Assembly (NCBI GenBank): GCA_040756875.1
Contig: JBFLYH010000002.1
Coordinates: 446,644 to 510,643, forward strand
Origin: a candidate division FCPU426 bacterium
Lineage (GTDB): Bacteria > Oederibacteriota > JAAXVQ01 > JAUVAV01
Direction: 5' to 3'
DNA: 64,000 nt
In this document: piece by piece, positions 59,758 to 64,000 of the stretch
Numbering within the stretch: position 1 is the stretch's first letter
Layout of the letters: every line of letters begins with the position of its first letter
Notes under the pieces: model-generated
What the model saw: the letters and a program-made list of their open reading frames with translations, nothing else
Told to the model about the DNA's origin: nothing
Databases searched by the model: none
Position numbers and translations under genes: made by a program

Positions 59758-61146
59758 TTACAGAATGTAGCGGTTGAAATCCTGCTCTTTCAGCAGGTCA
59801 CCGATGCGCTCGCGCACGTATTCGGGCGTGACCACCACTTTATTGCCCGGCATTTCCGGGGCGCTGAAGCTCACTTCCTCCAGCACGCGCTCCATGACGG
59901 TGTGCAGGCGCCGCGCGCCGATGTCCTCGCCCAGCTGGTTGGCGCGGTAGGCCAGCGACGCCATCTCCGCAACGGCTTCGGGCGTAAACTCCAGGGTCAC
60001 CCCGTCCGTGGCCAGCAAGGCCTGGTACTGCTTGGTCAGGGCCTGGCGCGGCTCCTGCAAAATACGCTGAAAGTCCTCGGCGCTCAGCGACGAGAGCTCG
60101 GCGCGCAGCGGAAAACGCCCCTGCAGCTCCGGGATCAAATCCGAAGGCTTGGAGACGTGAAACGCGCCCGCCGCGATGAACAGGATGTGGTGCGTGCGGA
60201 TTTCGCCGTGGCGGGTGTTTACGGTCGTGCCTTCCACGATGGGCAGCAAATCCCGCTGCACGCCCTCGCGGGACACGTCCGGCCCGCGCCCCTGTTCCCG
60301 GCCGGCGATTTTATCCAGTTCGTCGATGAAGACGATGCCCATCTCCTCCACGCGGCGGACCGCCTCGGACTTGATCTCGCCCATGTCCACCAGCCGCCCC
60401 AGTTCCTCCTGCACGAGCAGGCGCCGGGCCTCCGACACCTTGACCCGCCGGCGGCGCGACTGGCCCATGCCCCCGGGCATCGCGTTCTGCAGCATGTCCT
60501 GGAGGTTCATGCCGATTTCTTCCATGTTGGTGCCGGAGAAAATCTCAACCATGGGCATGGGCGTCTCCTTGGCCTCCCATTCCACGGTTTCCTCTTCGAG
60601 CAGCCCGTCCCGAAGCTCGGTCCGGACTTTTTCGCGCGCCTCGCGGTGGCGCAGCACGCGCGCCTCCCCCTCCTCGGGCGTGCCTTCGCGGCGCTTGGCC
60701 AGGGGCGGCACCAGCAGGTCGAGCAGCCGCTCCGCGGCCAGCTCCTCGGCGCGCGGCCGGAGTTTGGCGTAGCGCTCCTCCCGCACCAGGTTGACCGCCT
60801 GGTGCGCCAGGTCGCGGATCATGGACTCCACGTCGCGCCCCACGTACCCGACTTCCGTGTATTTGGAGGCCTCCACCTTCACGAAGGGCGCCTGCTCAAG
60901 GGCCGCCAGCCGGCGGGCGATTTCGGTCTTGCCCACGCCCGTGGGCCCGATGAGCAGGATGTTCTTGGGCGTCACTTCGTCGCGCATGTCATCGCCCAGC
61001 CGGCGCCGCCGCAGGCGGTTGCGCAGGGCAATGGCCACGATGCGCTTGGCCTGGTGCTGTCCGACGATGTACTTGTCCAGTTCCGCCACAATTTGCCGCG
61101 GCGTGAGGTCCGGTTCCGCGGTTTCGGCCGGAAGCGGCTTGCTCAT
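59758..61146 (-). CDS. hslU: ATP-dependent protease ATPase subunit HslU
   Basis: ...[31 protein letters not shown]...[18 protein letters not shown]... 462 aa. Confidence 0.9.
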   Translation of the reverse strand: MSKPLPAETAEPDLTPRQIVAELDKYIVGQHQAKRIVAIALRNRLRRRRLGDDMRDEVTPKNILLIGPTGVGKTEIARRLAALEQAPFVKVEASKYTEVGYVGRDVESMIRDLAHQAVNLVREERYAKLRPRAEELAAERLLDLLVPPLAKRREGTPEEGEARVLRHREAREKVRTELRDGLLEEETVEWEAKETPMPMVEIFSGTNMEEIGMNLQDMLQNAMPGGMGQSRRRRVKVSEARRLLVQEELGRLVDMGEIKSEAVRRVEEMGIVFIDELDKIAGREQGRGPDVSREGVQRDLLPIVEGTTVNTRHGEIRTHHILFIAAGAFHVSKPSDLIPELQGRFPLRAELSSLSAEDFQRILQEPRQALTKQYQALLATDGVTLEFTPEAVAEMASLAYRANQLGEDIGARRLHTVMERVLEEVSFSAPEMPGNKVVVTPEYVRERIGDLLKEQDFNRYIL

Positions 61147-61682
61147 AGTTCCTCCACCGTGATCTCGCGATTGGTGAAAATGCAGATGTCCGAGGCGATC
61201 TGCAGGGACGCCAGCGCGATTTCGCGCGCCGACAACTGGGTGTGGTCCAGCAGGGCCTTGGCCGCGGCCAGCGCATACGCGCCGCCGGAGCCGATGGCCG
61301 CCGCGGGCTCGTCCGGCTCGATGACTTCGCCGGACCCGCTGACCACCAGCGTCCGTTCGCGGTCAGCCAGCAGCAGCAGGGCTTCCAGGCGGCGCAGATA
61401 CTTGTCCGTGCGCCACTCCTTGGCCAGCTCCACGGCCGCCCGGGTCAGGTTCGCTTGGAACTGTTTGAGTTTCTCCTCGAACCGTTCAAACAGCGTGAAA
61501 GCGTCCGCCGCCGCGCCGGCAAAGCCCGCCAGGATCTTGCCGTCGCCCAGGCGCCGCAGCTTGACCGCGCGGCGTTTCATTTTAATGTTGCCCACGGTCA
61601 CCTGGCCGTCTCCGGCCATGGCCACCTGGCTGCCGCGCCGAACGACCGCGATGGTGGTGGCGTGCATGGTAGTGGGTTCCAT
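61143..61682 (-). CDS. hslV: ATP-dependent protease subunit HslV
   Basis: ...[24 protein letters not shown]...[14 protein letters not shown]...GSGG... The ATG at 61682 has GAAAGAGGTG SD; the internal ATG at 61667 has none. ATGA overlap with hslU. Confidence 0.85.
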   Translation of the reverse strand: MEPTTMHATTIAVVRRGSQVAMAGDGQVTVGNIKMKRRAVKLRRLGDGKILAGFAGAAADAFTLFERFEEKLKQFQANLTRAAVELAKEWRTDKYLRRLEALLLLADRERTLVVSGSGEVIEPDEPAAAIGSGGAYALAAAKALLDHTQLSAREIALASLQIASDICIFTNREITVEEL

Positions 61683-61779
61683 TTGACAGCACCTCTTTCG
61701 AATGAAAACCGATGAGCAGTTGATCAGGCCAGGAGGAAACCGCAGGTCCGCTGTTGCCGTCTGTCCCCGGCTCTCCGGC

Positions 61780-62643
61780 TCAAGCTCTGGGATGGGCCCG
61801 TCGGTATGCGCTTTTAAGCTTTTCCGCGGTCACGTGCGTATAAATCTGGGTGGTGCTTAAATTGGCATGGCCCAGAAGTTCCTGCACCGCGCGCAGGTCC
61901 GCGCCGTTGTCGAGCAAGTGGGTGGCGAAAGAATGGCGCAGACTGTGCGGCGACAGCCCCCGTTGGGCCCCGACCCGCAGGATGTAGGCGGCCACAATGC
62001 GCTCCACGCTCCGGGGCGTGATGGCCGCGCCCCGGAGGCTGCGGAACAGCCTGCCTCCCGGCGGCGGTGGATCCGCGCGCAGATAAGCGCGCAAGGCTGC
62101 CAGCGCCGGCCCGCCGACCGGAAGCAGCCGCTCTTTCCGGCGTTTGCCCAGCACGCGGACCAGCCCTTCCGCAAAATCCACGTCCGAGGGGGTCAGCGCG
62201 GTCAATTCGGAAAGGCGCATCCCGGTCGAGTAAAAAGTCTCCAATAACGCCCGGTCCCGCAGCCCGGAGCGGCTGGCCGGATCCGGCGCCGCCAGCAAGG
62301 CGGCGACGGCCGCTTGGTCCATAAAGCGCGGCAGACGATGTTCGGCTTTGGGCGTCTTGGCCCGGCCCACGGGATTGTCCGTCACCATGCCCTGACGCCG
62401 CAGCCAGCGGTACAAGGCGCGCAGGCTCGCGAGCTTTCGGGCCAGGGTGGCCGGAGCCAAGGCGCGCTGCTTGAGTTCGGCCAGGTGGGCCCGTACCGTG
62501 CGCAGGGTGACACCCGCGGGAAAGTCCTTGCCCGCGAAGGCGCGAAACTCCAGCAAATCCCGCCGGTAGGCGGCGCAGGTGTGCGGCGAAGCGTTGCGGG
62601 CTTGGGCCAGGTAGTCCAGAAACGCCTGCAAGGCGTCCTTCAC
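61780..62643 (-). CDS. xerC: Tyrosine recombinase XerC
   Basis: ...[39 protein letters not shown]... (RHRY tyrosine recombinase). Classic xerC-hslV-hslU synteny. Confidence 0.8.
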   Translation of the reverse strand: MKDALQAFLDYLAQARNASPHTCAAYRRDLLEFRAFAGKDFPAGVTLRTVRAHLAELKQRALAPATLARKLASLRALYRWLRRQGMVTDNPVGRAKTPKAEHRLPRFMDQAAVAALLAAPDPASRSGLRDRALLETFYSTGMRLSELTALTPSDVDFAEGLVRVLGKRRKERLLPVGGPALAALRAYLRADPPPPGGRLFRSLRGAAITPRSVERIVAAYILRVGAQRGLSPHSLRHSFATHLLDNGADLRAVQELLGHANLSTTQIYTHVTAEKLKSAYRRAHPRA

Positions 62644-63791
62644 GCAGCCGCCTCTCCCTGGGCTTTTTCCAACAGACGCGAGAGCTCGTAAAGGAATTTG
62701 ATGATCGTAAAATTGCCCTGGTAGTTCTTACGGCTGGCCGCCAGTTTGTCGTTGAGCTCGGCCAGGCCCTGCGTGAACAAAGGGCCGGGCAGTTTCTTCT
62801 TCATCGCCGTCAGGCGGAACCACACCAGGTCATTCATGCCTTTGACCAGTTCGACCTCCCGCTCCTTGTAAGGGAAGGCGTTTTTGGCCTTGAGCAGGTG
62901 CTCGAAATTGACCAGGCCGCCGGAGAGCAGCGAGCCGTCGTCCCGCTTGTCCACGTTGCGGAACAGGGCGGAATGCTTGTAGCGCGCCTGCTCGAAACAC
63001 TCGGTGAACATGACGTCCACCTCGGCCGACGTCAGGTGCCGGGTGCTGACCTCGGCCATGATCCGGAAAAACTCTTCGTAGATGGCCACCAGGCACAGGT
63101 CGAGGATCTCGGCGGTGAACTGGTCCCGTTCCTCCTCGCCGACCGGCGCTTCCTCGGCCTGCGGTTTGGGCGCCCGCTGGCCGGCGTCAGCGTGCAGTTC
63201 GTTCTCACCCACGGATTCGTACACATTGATCTCGCTGCGTTCGTCCGAATTCTCCACCATCTGGGTGATCAGCTTGACCGGAAACTCCATTTCCTCGGGC
63301 GTGGCATCGTGCGCGAAGTATCCTTCGCGCGGCGTCCCTTCGAAGAAGGTCAGGTAATTCAGGCGGCTCTGGTCGAGCAACTCCAGGTAGCCGGTGAAGC
63401 GCTTGCGGGTAAAAAGGTTCAGCAGGCTCTGAAAGTTGATGAGCTTGGCTTTCAAGCCCGCGTGGGTCGGTTCGAACATGAATGTCCCCATGATCACGAT
63501 CATCAGGAGTTTGGATATCTCGTAAAATCCGATGGAACCCTGCTTGGCCGTGCGCAGTTTCTGCATGGCCTCGTTGACGGTCAGGATTTCCCGTCCCTGG
63601 GCGTGGAAACGCCCGGCCTTGACCGCCTTGCCGCCCAAAAGGAAGATGACGTCCTGCGAATCCGCATAGCGGATGTCCAGATAGCTGGCCACCCGGCTCT
63701 GGCTCTCGGCCAGGATTTTATCCACCTTGGCGCGCTCCAGGGGCACGTCGGCCACGATGGTGCGCATGGAGGGCAGGAGCCGGTAGTTCAT
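62640..63791 (-). CDS. Hypothetical cytoplasmic protein (about 383 aa); possibly DUF4388-like N-terminal domain
   Basis: Start MNYRLLPSMRTIVADV with GGAAGGGGAGGTGG SD. No recognisable catalytic motif. 4-bp overlaps with both topA (upstream) and xerC (downstream). The 440-aa annotated form is an over-extension into topA. Confidence 0.5.
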   Translation of the reverse strand: MNYRLLPSMRTIVADVPLERAKVDKILAESQSRVASYLDIRYADSQDVIFLLGGKAVKAGRFHAQGREILTVNEAMQKLRTAKQGSIGFYEISKLLMIVIMGTFMFEPTHAGLKAKLINFQSLLNLFTRKRFTGYLELLDQSRLNYLTFFEGTPREGYFAHDATPEEMEFPVKLITQMVENSDERSEINVYESVGENELHADAGQRAPKPQAEEAPVGEEERDQFTAEILDLCLVAIYEEFFRIMAEVSTRHLTSAEVDVMFTECFEQARYKHSALFRNVDKRDDGSLLSGGLVNFEHLLKAKNAFPYKEREVELVKGMNDLVWFRLTAMKKKLPGPLFTQGLAELNDKLAASRKNYQGNFTIIKFLYELSRLLEKAQGEAAA

Positions 63792-64000
63792 GCCACCTCC
63801 CCTTCCGCGCGGGGCGGGGCGACCACTTGCTGATATCCGCAGTTTTCCTGCGGACAGATCCATAGGGTCCCGGTCTTTTTGCCGTGCTTCTCGACCAGAT
63901 ACGGGTGCCCGCATTGCGGGCAGGCCTGGGCCACCGGCCGGTTCCACGACACGAACTGGCACTCCGGATACCGGCTGCAGCCGTAGAACATCCGGCCGCG
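63788..64000 (-). CDS. topA: DNA topoisomerase I, C-terminal zinc-ribbon end (gene continues past the window end)
   Basis: ...FYGCSRYPECQFVSWNRPVAQACPQCGHPYLVEKHGKKTGTLWICPQENCGYQ... shows two C4 zinc-ribbon motifs typical of the TopA C-terminus. Confidence 0.6.
   Translation of the reverse strand, partial: RGRMFYGCSRYPECQFVSWNRPVAQACPQCGHPYLVEKHGKKTGTLWICPQENCGYQQVVAPPRAEGEVA

Noticed and set aside
59680-61686. 668-aa plus-strand ORF
   Set aside because: Antisense to hslU/hslV, which are unambiguous on the minus strand.

Overview
The window is high-GC (about 65-70%) bacterial chromosome, and 55 of the 56 genes I call lie on the minus strand. From 3' to 5' of the window (minus-strand 5' to 3') the content is: the C-terminal zinc-ribbon end of topA, a hypothetical gene, xerC, hslV-hslU, argB-argD-argF, a GT2, a roughly 5 kb low-GC island, argG-argH, an orphan MalK-like ABC ATPase, lptD, and then a roughly 45 kb surface-polysaccharide / glycosylation super-cluster.

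The low-GC island (about 45-50% GC) carries a GT39-like glycosyltransferase, a secreted phage tail-collar-domain protein, a protein with a T9SS/FlgD-Ig-like C-terminal sorting domain, and a FadL/PorV-like outer-membrane beta-barrel.

The polysaccharide super-cluster contains:
- nucleotide-sugar genes: ugd; rmlA/rmlB/rmlD; gmd/fcl; CDP-glucose genes rfbF/rfbG/rfbH-like; and two further NAD-dependent epimerase/reductases;
- a WbaP-type initiating phosphoglycosyl transferase and two Wzx-like flippases;
- three Wzy/O-antigen-ligase-like proteins, two of them each immediately preceded by a paralogous small single-TM protein;
- six GT4 and five GT2 glycosyltransferases;
- five GT39/ArnT-like GT-C enzymes (one partial at the window start, one on the plus strand, one in the island);
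- two LPG-synthase-TM ('flippase-like') proteins and two further large polytopic membrane proteins of unknown family;
- a zinc-ribbon SAM methyltransferase and a hexapeptide acetyltransferase.

Many neighbouring genes overlap by 4 bp (ATGA/GTGA), which suggests translational coupling. I found no rRNA, tRNA, CRISPR array or recognisable transposase/integrase.

All calls are from reading translated ORFs and sequence motifs by eye, not from database searches. I give no organism name: the gene set gives no clear phylum assignment.
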